NCBI GenBank assembly: GCA_965226375.1
Contig: CBDDCX010000008.1
Location: 2,080,001-2,144,000, forward strand
Origin: Longimicrobiales bacterium
Lineage (GTDB): Bacteria; Gemmatimonadota; Gemmatimonadetes; Longimicrobiales; Gaopeijiaceae
Direction: 5' to 3'
Length of the DNA stretch: 64,000 nucleotides
Shown one piece after another: positions 51,829 through 60,566 of the stretch. The position numbers and the translations under genes are program-made. The first letter of the stretch is position 1. Each line of letters starts with the position of its first letter. Under the pieces are notes generated by a model, which saw only the letters and a list, made by a program, of their open reading frames with translations, ran no database searches and was not told the DNA's origin.

Positions 51829-51870
51829 TCTAGTATTGTAGACCATCTACTATTGTAGACGCTCTACAAT
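51829..51870. promoter_or_regulatory. Tandem operator-like array upstream of PadR
   Basis: TCTA(G/C)TATTGTAGA at 17-bp period plus perfect ATTGTAGA-CGC-TCTACAAT. Confidence 0.7.
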
Positions 51871-51906
51871 CGACGAGAGACTGCTTCGCAGAGAATCGAC
51901 TGACCC

Positions 51907-52239
51907 ATGACAGACTCCAAGAGGGAACTCCTGCAAGGCACGCTGGACCTGTTGATCCTCAAGACACTCGCCACCGAGTCCCTGCACGGGTGGGGTGTGG
52001 CGAGACGGATCCAGCAGGCCTCCGGCGACGTGCTGCGCATCAACCAAGGATCCCTCTACCCGGCTCTCTACCGACTGCAGGACAAGGGGCTCATCCGGCC
52101 CCGTTGGGGGGAGTCGTCCGATGGGCGTCGAGTGAAGCTTTACTCACTCACCGCCGCGGGCAAGAAGCGATTCCAGGCGGCCAGCCAGGACTGGCAATCC
52201 GTCTCTGCAGCAGTGAACGATGTACTGGCGATGACCTGA
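51907..52239 (+). CDS. PadR regulator, acidobacterial (TIGR03433-like) type
   Basis: LLQGTLDLLILKTL..HGWGVARRI..QGSLYPALYRL. Confidence 0.93.
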   Translation: MTDSKRELLQGTLDLLILKTLATESLHGWGVARRIQQASGDVLRINQGSLYPALYRLQDKGLIRPRWGESSDGRRVKLYSLTAAGKKRFQAASQDWQSVSAAVNDVLAMT

Positions 52240-52250
52240 GGGAGGCGATC

Positions 52251-54932
52251 GTGGATTGGATGTGGACGTGGATGACAAGGGTGAGGAATCTGATCTTTCG
52301 CCGCCGCTGGGATCGGGAGGCCGAGCAGGAGATGGCCTTCCACGTGGAGATGGACACCAAAGAGCGCATCCGACGCGGTGTGGACCCGGACGAAGCACGC
52401 CGCGCGGCGCTCGTCGCTTTCGGCGGCACGGAGCGATTCCGACAGCAGGCCCGGGAGGGCCGCTGGGGAAGCACCGTGGACACGCTGCTCCAGGACGTTC
52501 GTTACGCGGTCCGCGGTCTGATCAAGAATCCCGGATTCTCGCTCGCCGCGATCGTCACGCTGGCCCTCGGCATCGGCGCCAACACGGCCATGTTCAGCGT
52601 GGTGAACACGGTCCTTCTACAGCCCCTTCCCTACGCGGACGCAGATCAGGTCGTGCGCATCCAGAACAGTTGGGTGGGTTCTCCCCAGGGCGCCATTTCG
52701 CCGGCCGAGTTCCTGGACTTCGAGCAGCGCCTCGAGGGCTTCTCAGCCATGGGCGTGTACTCGTTCGGCGCGGTGGGCGTCACCGGCGACGGGGAGCCCA
52801 TCCGGGTGTCGGCGGCGTTCCTGTCGTCGGGCGTCTTCCCTGCTCTCGGATCCACGGCAGCCATGGGCCGGGTCTTCAACTACGACGAAGATTTCGCGGA
52901 CGCCTCCGTACTGATGATCAGCGACGGGTTCTGGAGAGACCGGTTCGCGGCCTCCAGAGACGTGATCGGACGCACACTCAACTGGAACGGACACGACTAC
53001 GAGATCATCGGAGTGATGCGCCCGGATTTCCGCATGCCTGAACTCCTCACGTCCACGTCGCCGGTCCAACTCTACGTTCCGGCCGGAATCACCCCGGCCA
53101 GCGTGATGAACCGCGGAAGCCACTATCTGTTCGGCGTGGCCCGGCGGGCAGACGGTGTGAGCCAAGAGCGGGGCGCACGCATGGTGCAGGAGTTGGCGGC
53201 CGCGATGGTGCGTGAGCACCCCGACGGGTATCCGCAGGACATGCGCTTCACCTCTACGGCCGTTCCGCTCGCTGAGGACGTGACGGGAGACGTCCGCCCA
53301 CTTCTCTGGATCCTCTTCGGATCCGTGGGCTTCGTGCTTCTGATCGTTGGAGCCAACGTCGCCAACCTTCTCATCGCGCGAGCCGACGGGAGAGCGCGGG
53401 AGTTTTCACTTCGCACGGCACTGGGAGCGGGCCGTGGTCGGATTACGGCGCAGTTGGCGGTCGAGAGCCTCGTCCTCGCCACGATCGGCGGCCTGCTCGG
53501 GATCGTTCTCGCCATGGTCTCGATGGATCTTCTGGCGTCCCTCGAGGCCACCAACCTGCCTCGCCTGGCCGAGGTCCACCTGGACCGGCGGGTACTGGGC
53601 TTCGGCATCACGGTATCTCTCGCCACGGGGCTCCTCTTCGGGCTTCTCCCAGGTCTTCAGGTCTCTCCATCACGCTTGGCCGAGTCCCTTCGCGAAGGAG
53701 GGCGTTCCGCAACCAGCTCGCGCCGGAGCCAGCGACTGCGTCAACTCCTGATCTCGGGCGAGATCGCCTTCGCCTTCATCCTACTCTCGGGAGCCGGCCT
53801 GCTCACTCGCAGTTTCGTGAAGCTCCTGAGCGTCGATCCCGGGTACCGGAGCGATCAGGTGCTCACCACACGGGTCACGCTTCCCTCCGGCCGATACGGG
53901 AGTGACGACGAGCGACGCTTGTTCTTCCGGGAGTTCGTGACCCGCCTAGCGGATGTCTCCGGCGTCGATGCCGCCGCCGGGGTCTCGAACCTCCCGCTCG
54001 CCAGTGGTAGACTGGGCGACCTCAACTTCAGGATCGAGAATCGCCCAATCCCCGAGGGTGCGGTCTCGCCCCGAGGAGACTGGCAGGTGATCACCGCCGG
54101 GTATTTCGATGTGATGGGAATGACGCTTCTCGAGGGCCGGGGGATCGAAGCGCAGGACGACGCGACGGCTCCCGGAGCCATCGTCGTCAGTGAGTCATTG
54201 GCGCAGCTCCACTGGCCCGACGGTGACGCCTTGGGCAAGCGGTTCACCCTGGGAGGTGAGGCCGGTCCGGGCATGGTCACCATCGTCGGCATCGTGCGCG
54301 ATGTTCGCCACAGCGGTCTGGACACATCTCCGACGCCCCAGATGTACCTGGCCCACGAGCAGTTCACCTTCTGGAACGGCGGAAGCACCATGGCGGGCCT
54401 CTCCATCGTGGTCCGGTCAGGCATACCGACCGCCGAGCTACGGACGGCAATCCAGGGCATCGCGCGCGCCATGGATCCGCAGCTTCCACTCTCGTCGTTC
54501 CGCACCATGGACGAAGTCCGGTCCGCCTCGGTGGCCCAGCCCCGCTTGCTCATGTTCCTGCTTGGCGGCTTCTCGGTTCTCGCACTGGTATTGTCTGCGG
54601 TGGGAACCTACGGAGTAATCGCGTATATGGCAGGCAGGCGCACCGCAGAGTTCGGCGTCCGCCTGGCGTTGGGTGCACGCCCAGCCCAGGTCTCGAGTCT
54701 GGTACTGCGTGAGGCGATCCGTCTCGGAGCCGCCGGGATCGGAGTGGGAATCGTGGCCACCGTGATCCTCACCCGGGTCCTGGAAGGCCTCCTGTACGGG
54801 GTGAGTGCCAGAGATCCGATGACGCTGGTTGCTGCGGCATCGATCCTGGGCGCGACTGGTCTCATGGCGGCTTACTTGCCGGCGGCGAGAGCCACGCGGG
54901 TGGATCCGGTGGTGTCGCTACGAGCCGACTGA
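52251..54932 (+). CDS. ADOP-type duplicated ABC permease
   Basis: GGGAGG RBS; EMAFHVEM..EARRAALVAFGG prefix; ALGIGANTAMFS; two FtsX repeats; DPVVSLRAD. Confidence 0.93.
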   Translation: MDWMWTWMTRVRNLIFRRRWDREAEQEMAFHVEMDTKERIRRGVDPDEARRAALVAFGGTERFRQQAREGRWGSTVDTLLQDVRYAVRGLIKNPGFSLAAIVTLALGIGANTAMFSVVNTVLLQPLPYADADQVVRIQNSWVGSPQGAISPAEFLDFEQRLEGFSAMGVYSFGAVGVTGDGEPIRVSAAFLSSGVFPALGSTAAMGRVFNYDEDFADASVLMISDGFWRDRFAASRDVIGRTLNWNGHDYEIIGVMRPDFRMPELLTSTSPVQLYVPAGITPASVMNRGSHYLFGVARRADGVSQERGARMVQELAAAMVREHPDGYPQDMRFTSTAVPLAEDVTGDVRPLLWILFGSVGFVLLIVGANVANLLIARADGRAREFSLRTALGAGRGRITAQLAVESLVLATIGGLLGIVLAMVSMDLLASLEATNLPRLAEVHLDRRVLGFGITVSLATGLLFGLLPGLQVSPSRLAESLREGGRSATSSRRSQRLRQLLISGEIAFAFILLSGAGLLTRSFVKLLSVDPGYRSDQVLTTRVTLPSGRYGSDDERRLFFREFVTRLADVSGVDAAAGVSNLPLASGRLGDLNFRIENRPIPEGAVSPRGDWQVITAGYFDVMGMTLLEGRGIEAQDDATAPGAIVVSESLAQLHWPDGDALGKRFTLGGEAGPGMVTIVGIVRDVRHSGLDTSPTPQMYLAHEQFTFWNGGSTMAGLSIVVRSGIPTAELRTAIQGIARAMDPQLPLSSFRTMDEVRSASVAQPRLLMFLLGGFSVLALVLSAVGTYGVIAYMAGRRTAEFGVRLALGARPAQVSSLVLREAIRLGAAGIGVGIVATVILTRVLEGLLYGVSARDPMTLVAAASILGATGLMAAYLPAARATRVDPVVSLRAD

Positions 54933-54972
54933 GGGAGTTGGCGCACCGAGTGGCGTAGCCTATCCTGACGTC

Positions 54973-55662
54973 ATGAAGAACCTCACCGCCTACCGACTCC
55001 GACCCGCACGCGTCGCCGTCACACTTAGCGTCATCGCCGCGGTGCTCGCCATTATCCACGTCGTCGCGATGCAGATCATCTTCAATGACGAGTGGGCCTT
55101 GAGCGAGAAATGGGGCGTGCAGTACTGGCACCTCTCGATCTTCGATCTGGATGAAGAGGCGAGCTTCGGTACCTGGTTCAGCGCGGTGATCCTGCTGATC
55201 GCTGGACGTCTTCTCTTAGTCCAGGCGAGACGCCTCCGAGCAGATGCCGATGCCTGGCACGTGTGGTGGCTGACGTTGGGCATCGGGTTTCACGTCCTGT
55301 CGATCGACGAGGTCGTGGGTACACACGAGCTGTTGAACACCGTCATGGAGGACAAGCCATGGACGGTCGTAGGCTTCTGGATCGTCGCGGTCGTGGGTCT
55401 CGCTTATCTCCCCTTCCTGTGGCGATACCGATGGCGGGCGGCGGGCCTGTTTCTCCTGGCTGGGGCCCTCTATGCAGGAGGAGCGGTCGGGGTTGAGCAC
55501 TGGACCGGCGCCGAGGTGAACTCCCTCCACTACAACATGTGGACCACGCTGGAAGAGGGAATGGAGATGGCAGGCGTGATCGTGTTCATTTACGCGCTGC
55601 TTGATTTCATCCCGGCCAAAGGTGACGGAGGCCTCCGCCTCGACTTGACGTCCGAAGCCTAG
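54973..55662 (+). CDS. Conserved-looking multi-TM hypothetical protein
   Basis: FDLDEEASFGTWFS, LSIDE..HE, EEGMEMAG. Confidence 0.7.
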   Translation: MKNLTAYRLRPARVAVTLSVIAAVLAIIHVVAMQIIFNDEWALSEKWGVQYWHLSIFDLDEEASFGTWFSAVILLIAGRLLLVQARRLRADADAWHVWWLTLGIGFHVLSIDEVVGTHELLNTVMEDKPWTVVGFWIVAVVGLAYLPFLWRYRWRAAGLFLLAGALYAGGAVGVEHWTGAEVNSLHYNMWTTLEEGMEMAGVIVFIYALLDFIPAKGDGGLRLDLTSEA

Positions 55663-55755
55663 TCACTCCGCGCCGCGACTATCGGGTCGACCCTGCTCGC
55701 CCGACGGCCGGGCAGGTATGACCCCACCACGGCGATGACCGTCGACACCACCGAG

Positions 55756-56766
55756 TCATAGCTCCAGCTCCCAGGTCTCTTCCACCATGTCCACGCCGAA
55801 ACTCGAGTGGGACGCCTGCTGCACCAAGACGAAGCCGAGATCGGTGTAGATGCGTCGGGCAGCGCTCAACACGTCGTAGGTCCATAGAGTCATCCGGCGA
55901 TACCCGGATTGACGGGCGAAGTCCACGCACTCCTCGGCGAGCCGTCGGCCGATGCCCAACCCCCGGGCCTCGGGTCCCACCAGAAGCATGCGCAGCCGGG
56001 CCACCTCTTCGGACTCCTTGATACAGAAGACCGAGCCCACGTTCTCTCCGTCCTTCTCCGCAATCCAGCACTGCTCCCGTTCGGGGTCCAGATTCTGGAC
56101 AAACCGTGCAACGACATCGGCCGTCACTCCCTCGAACCATTGGTTCCAGCCGAACTCGTCCACATAGAGGATGCCGTGCTGACGGATCACCCATCCCATG
56201 TCTCCTGGGCGAGGCGGGCGGATCCGATACGCGGGTACGTCAGTGGCGCCCCCGGCATGGCCTGCGTGCACAGCATCACCGGCGTCCCCACCATCCACTA
56301 CATCCGCGGTGCCCCCGGCCTCCCTGACGCCGCCACCGAGGAGAATCTCGATGGTGTCCATCGCACTCATGAGACGCTCCTGGTCCTGGCCTGAAAGGGT
56401 GGCGAGGACGTCGGTCACCGCAGCACCGGCCAATTCATCCAACTCTGCTCGGGCTTCCCTCCCCCGTGAGGTGAGTGTCAGAAGGGTACGACGACGGTCC
56501 TCTTCGGAGGGTGTCTTCTCGACCAGTCCGTCGCCATGGAGGCGGGCTAGAATCCGACTCATATAACCTGCCGCGACACCGAGTTGCTTCCCGACGGCCG
56601 TCGCCGAGGTCGGCTCCCGGAGCCCCAACTCCAGGATCACTCGGGCTTCCGTCTCCGAGAATCGGCCGCCCATCGTGCCTTCCTCCAACGCCCGCATGCG
56701 AGATCCATAGAATCGATGGAACCGTCGCACAGCATCGATGGTCTGGGTCAGGTCGGCCTCAGCCAT
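55756..56766 (-). CDS. Bifunctional MarR HTH / GNAT N-acetyltransferase
   Basis: VRRFHRFY, GYMSRIL, DRRRTLL.LT; PGDMGWV..HG.LY, LRMLLV.PEARGLGIG. Confidence 0.92.
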   Translation of the reverse strand: MAEADLTQTIDAVRRFHRFYGSRMRALEEGTMGGRFSETEARVILELGLREPTSATAVGKQLGVAAGYMSRILARLHGDGLVEKTPSEEDRRRTLLTLTSRGREARAELDELAGAAVTDVLATLSGQDQERLMSAMDTIEILLGGGVREAGGTADVVDGGDAGDAVHAGHAGGATDVPAYRIRPPRPGDMGWVIRQHGILYVDEFGWNQWFEGVTADVVARFVQNLDPEREQCWIAEKDGENVGSVFCIKESEEVARLRMLLVGPEARGLGIGRRLAEECVDFARQSGYRRMTLWTYDVLSAARRIYTDLGFVLVQQASHSSFGVDMVEETWELEL

Positions 56767-56819
56767 GTTCGAACTCCGGAGATCTCTAGGGCCTAGGTCA
56801 CTCCGGGGATGATAGGAAG

Positions 56820-56861
56820 ATAGTTGCCTCAGTCAACTATTTGCTTGTGTTTGGCAACTAT
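56820..56861. promoter_or_regulatory. Inverted repeats, putative MarR autoregulatory operator
   Basis: ATAGTTG-N7-CAACTAT (56820-56840) and a second half-site GGCAACTAT. Confidence 0.6.
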
Positions 56862-57071
56862 TCACCGGTCCCAGACCTCCGCCTTCGAAGTTTTCCACAT
56901 TTTTGGCGCACAGGTCTGTGACTGCGCACAAAATATCCCGCACGGTACACAAGGTTCTCCTTGGGGCCGCACCATCGCAAATCGCGCGAATTAACTGCAA
57001 TATGCGATGGTAATCGTAACCATATGTCGTACAACCTCTTACGACATCAGGGTCGCTTCCACGGTCGGTTC

Positions 57072-57087
57072 GGGCACGCCGGTTGCA
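57072..57087 (+). promoter_or_regulatory. Sigma54 (-24/-12) promoter candidate for the Tad locus
   Basis: GGGCACG-CCGG-TTGCA versus consensus TGGCACG-N4-TTGCW. Confidence 0.6.
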
Positions 57088-57168
57088 CACCGTCCCGTCT
57101 CGTGGCATCGCGATTCAGTGCGCCGATTCAGGCCGTTCTGTGAGGTGCCCACAGTACTCCAATCCCAT

Positions 57169-57375
57169 GGGAACGACAAAGGCGGCGGCAACGGGAACGA
57201 CAAAGGCGGCGGCAATGGGAACGACAAAGGCGGCGGCAACGGAAACGACAAGGGCGGCGGCAACGGGAACGACAAAGGCGGCGGCAACGGGAACGACAAA
57301 GGCGGCGGCAACGGGAACGACAAGGGCGGCGGCAACGGCAACGACAAAGGTGGTGGCAACGGCAACGACAAGGGC
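57169..57375 (+). repeat. 24-bp coding tandem repeat, 8 full copies plus 1 partial (GNDKGGGN)
   Basis: GGGAACGACAAAGGCGGCGGCAAC units differing only at synonymous positions in this frame. Confidence 0.95.
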
Positions 57376-57869
57376 AAGGGTGGCGGAAACGGTAAAGGCG
57401 GCGGCAACGGCGATAAGGGGACCGGGGGCGGCGCTCCTGGTTCTGGAAAGGGAGGAGCCGCGTACCGTCTGAACATCTGCAGTTGCAACACGTCCGTCAT
57501 CGACCTCGAGACCGAGTACCTCATCGAGCCCGGCAACATGGTCGGCCCCACCCATCAGGGTGTGGAGTCCCTGATCGCCCAGGATCCGGAAGCCTACTGG
57601 GACGAGCGAGAAAACCGGGTGGTAAGCGACTTCGGAGAGGACAGCCCAAGGGTCATCACGGTAGCCCTATTCGATCCCTCCGAAATCCGGACGGGGGTCG
57701 ACAGTCCATACAGTTCAACAACTTCGCTCGCTTCTTCATCGAGAGGCAGGCCTCGCCGCAGGACCCGGTGGTCGGCCGCTTCCTCTTCTACGTCAAAGGA
57801 GCTGGCTCAAATTCCCGCGGCGGGACCCGTACCGGGTCACTAATCAAGCAACTGAGGCTCATTCGATGA
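57169..57869 (+). pseudogene. C-terminal part of a TadG-like protein; N-terminus missing; frameshift in a G-run near 57695
   Basis: EPGNMVGPT.QG..LIAQDP.A.W..SPRVITVALFDP, continued in the other frame QFNNFARFFIE..LRLIR*; ATGA overlap with cpaE. Confidence 0.6.
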
Positions 57870-59167
57870 CAGGGCATGAGCAAGCGACAGAAATGACCAT
57901 TCGGCGTGACGGGAAGCCGGAGCCTGTGAGGGCTGCATTGATTTCTGGCGACCAGAGCTTCCGGGCAGCGGTAAACGAGATCGTCGCCGCCACGGAGGGT
58001 CGGGTCGAGATAGGGCTCGAGACCAGTGCCGCCCCCGACACACTCCTTCGTGATCCGGACACGCCTCTCATTGACTACGATCCACACCTTCTGTTCCTGG
58101 AGTTGGGACCGGAGCCGGAGGATGGCCTTCGCTTGGCGGGGGTTCTTTCGAGAGCTCACCCGCACATGGGAATCTTGCTGAGTGGACCGGAGCTGTCTCA
58201 GGGGCAACTCCTCGAGGCGATGCGCGCCGGCGTATCTGAGGTTGTGGACCGAACGGCGGAGGGCACCGAGCTGGCCGAGTCTCTGGACCGGATGATGAGA
58301 AGGCTGGGATGGGTCGAGGAGCACGGAGCAGGCTCCACCGACGGGCGGATTCTGACCTTTTTCAGTCCCAAGGGCGGAACGGGCTGCACCACCGTCGCTA
58401 CGAACGTCGGGGTCGAACTGCACCGCGTCACGGGAAAGAAGACTCTCTTGGTCGACCTTGATCTGGAGCTGGGAGAGATCGCCTCCTTCATGGGGGTGAA
58501 GCCCAAGTTCCACCTGGTAGACCTTCTGAAGAACTTCCACCGGATGGATGACGACCTTCTGCTCTCCTATATCGAGCGTCACGAATCCGGTGTGCACGTC
58601 CTCTCGGCACCCTTCGAGCCGGAAGTGGGTCAGGCGGTCACTGCGGAGGATATCTCGGCCATCCTGACCTACCTCCGGAAGCGATACGACTACGTGATCG
58701 TGGACACGTCGAAGTCGATAGCGCCCCCCGCCTTGGCGGCCCTTCGTCCCGCAGACGAGATCTTCCTCATCACCAACCTGGACCTCTGCTCCCTCCGGAA
58801 CTTCCAGCGGACGCTCCCCATCCTGAGAGACATCGTGGGATCTGAGGGCCAGCGTCTTCGTGTGATCGTAAACCGTTATGTGAAGAACGGGCTCCTCTCT
58901 CTGAAGGACCTCGAGTCGACCGTAGGTCTCCCGGTGCATCAGACCCTTTCCAACGACTACCAATCGGTCATCGAGTCCCTCACCACGGGTAAGCTCTTGG
59001 TCCTGAACAGCAGCTGTCAGTACGCCCGGGAACTGAAGGAACTCGCGGCGCGCATCGCCGGGAAGAGAGAAAAGGCGGGTGTAGGATCGCAGCCCATGTT
59101 GAAGCGGCTTCTCGGAGGTGCGGGCCGGTCCGTGGCCAAATCACGGGAGGCGTTGAGCCATGTCTAA
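57866..59167 (+). CDS. cpaE: CpaE/TadZ pilus assembly ATPase (receiver-like + MinD/ParA)
   Basis: EAMRAGVSE, SPKGGTGCTTVATN, LVDLDL, YDYVIVDT. Confidence 0.88.
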   Translation: MTGHEQATEMTIRRDGKPEPVRAALISGDQSFRAAVNEIVAATEGRVEIGLETSAAPDTLLRDPDTPLIDYDPHLLFLELGPEPEDGLRLAGVLSRAHPHMGILLSGPELSQGQLLEAMRAGVSEVVDRTAEGTELAESLDRMMRRLGWVEEHGAGSTDGRILTFFSPKGGTGCTTVATNVGVELHRVTGKKTLLVDLDLELGEIASFMGVKPKFHLVDLLKNFHRMDDDLLLSYIERHESGVHVLSAPFEPEVGQAVTAEDISAILTYLRKRYDYVIVDTSKSIAPPALAALRPADEIFLITNLDLCSLRNFQRTLPILRDIVGSEGQRLRVIVNRYVKNGLLSLKDLESTVGLPVHQTLSNDYQSVIESLTTGKLLVLNSSCQYARELKELAARIAGKREKAGVGSQPMLKRLLGGAGRSVAKSREALSHV

Positions 59168-60557
59168 TTGGCAAGTGAAAGTGCCCCTGCACGATCAGGG
59201 CACACCCGGGAACGGTGGAGCCTCGCTGGCCACGCAGTCGAACGGCCAGGCCGCGTCCGAGGCGGAGGTCGCTGCCACAACGACGGATCTCCACCAGTTG
59301 AGAGCGAACATACATCGTCAACTCCTGGAGCGGTTGAACCTCTCGAATCTGGACAAGATGGATCGCGTGGAAGTGAACAGGGTCATCGCCGACGTGGTCC
59401 GAGACCTACTAGAGGAAGAAGGGATCCCACTGAACGTGGAGGAGAGGGACAACCTCACTTCTCAGGTTCTGGATGAGATCTTCGGCCTCGGACCCCTCCA
59501 GCCCCTCATGGAGGACCCCACCATATCCGACATCCTGGTGGACACGCATGCCCGTGTCCTCGTGGAGCGCGACGGGAAGCTCTTCGACACTGATGTCCGG
59601 TTTCAGGATGATCGACACCTGCTGAAGGTCATCGACCGAATCGTTTCGGGGGTAGGCCGTCGTATCGACGATTCTTCGCCCATGGTGGACGCCCGGCTCA
59701 TGGACGGATCCCGCATCAACGCCGTGATCCCTCCCTTGGCCGTGGACGGTCCGCACCTGTCCATCCGGAAGTTCAAGACCGACGTCTTTTCGGCTGCGGA
59801 CCTGGTCCGCATGGGGACCTTGACCGAGCCCCTCGTCGAGCTGTTGGAGGGTGTCGTGAAGGCCCGTTTGAACGTTCTCATCTCCGGCGGAACGGGCGCC
59901 GGGAAGACCACCTTCTTGAATGTTCTCTCCTCGTTCATTCCGCCTACCGAACGGATCGTTACGGTGGAAGACTCGGCGGAACTCCAGCTTCGGCAACCGC
60001 GGGTCGTTCGTCTGGAAACCCGGCCGGCGAATTTGGAGGGACAGGGCGCGGTGGACCAGCGTGCGCTGGTGATCAACGCCCTGAGGATGCGTCCAGACCG
60101 AATCGTGGTGGGGGAGGTCCGAAGCTCTGAGGCCATCGACATGCTCCAGGCGATGAACACCGGACATGACGGCTCTCTGACCACGCTCCACTCGAACGCT
60201 CCACGAGATGCCCTGAACAGGCTGGAGACGATGGTGGCCATGGCCAAGCTGAGTCTTCCGGCGAAGGCCGTGCGCCAACAGATCGCGAGCGCCATCCACG
60301 TGGTCGTCCAGTTGGCCCGGTTCTCTGACGGGAAGCGGCGGCTCACCTACCTCTCGGAAATCGTGGGGATGGAGGGAGACGTCATCACCATGCAGGATAT
60401 CTTCCGGTTCGAGCAGGTCGGTGTGGACGCGTCCGGCCAAGTGCTGGGTCAACTCCTCCCCACGGGAATCCGACCGAAGTTCGGGGACCGGCTCCGGGCC
60501 AACGGCATGAACCTCCCGGCCAGCATGTTCACCGACGTACGCCCGGCCTCGGTCTAG
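59160..60557 (+). CDS. tadA: CpaF/TadA secretion ATPase
   Basis: GLGPL, SGGTGAGKTT, LRMRPDRIVVGEVR, AMNTGHDG. Confidence 0.95.
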   Translation: MSNWQVKVPLHDQGTPGNGGASLATQSNGQAASEAEVAATTTDLHQLRANIHRQLLERLNLSNLDKMDRVEVNRVIADVVRDLLEEEGIPLNVEERDNLTSQVLDEIFGLGPLQPLMEDPTISDILVDTHARVLVERDGKLFDTDVRFQDDRHLLKVIDRIVSGVGRRIDDSSPMVDARLMDGSRINAVIPPLAVDGPHLSIRKFKTDVFSAADLVRMGTLTEPLVELLEGVVKARLNVLISGGTGAGKTTFLNVLSSFIPPTERIVTVEDSAELQLRQPRVVRLETRPANLEGQGAVDQRALVINALRMRPDRIVVGEVRSSEAIDMLQAMNTGHDGSLTTLHSNAPRDALNRLETMVAMAKLSLPAKAVRQQIASAIHVVVQLARFSDGKRRLTYLSEIVGMEGDVITMQDIFRFEQVGVDASGQVLGQLLPTGIRPKFGDRLRANGMNLPASMFTDVRPASV

Positions 60558-60566
60558 TTCCTCGTC

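Noticed and set aside
57103..57117. Second sigma54-like motif TGGCATCGCGATTCA
   Set aside because: The -12 element lacks the conserved GC
57007..57168. ORF-track start MVIVTIC for the repeat-containing ORF
   Set aside because: Runs through the promoter-like region and shows no TadG-type N-terminal TM/pilin-like segment
57169..57375. 24-bp repeat as a CRISPR array
   Set aside because: Units are head-to-tail with no spacers, variation is synonymous, and no cas genes are present
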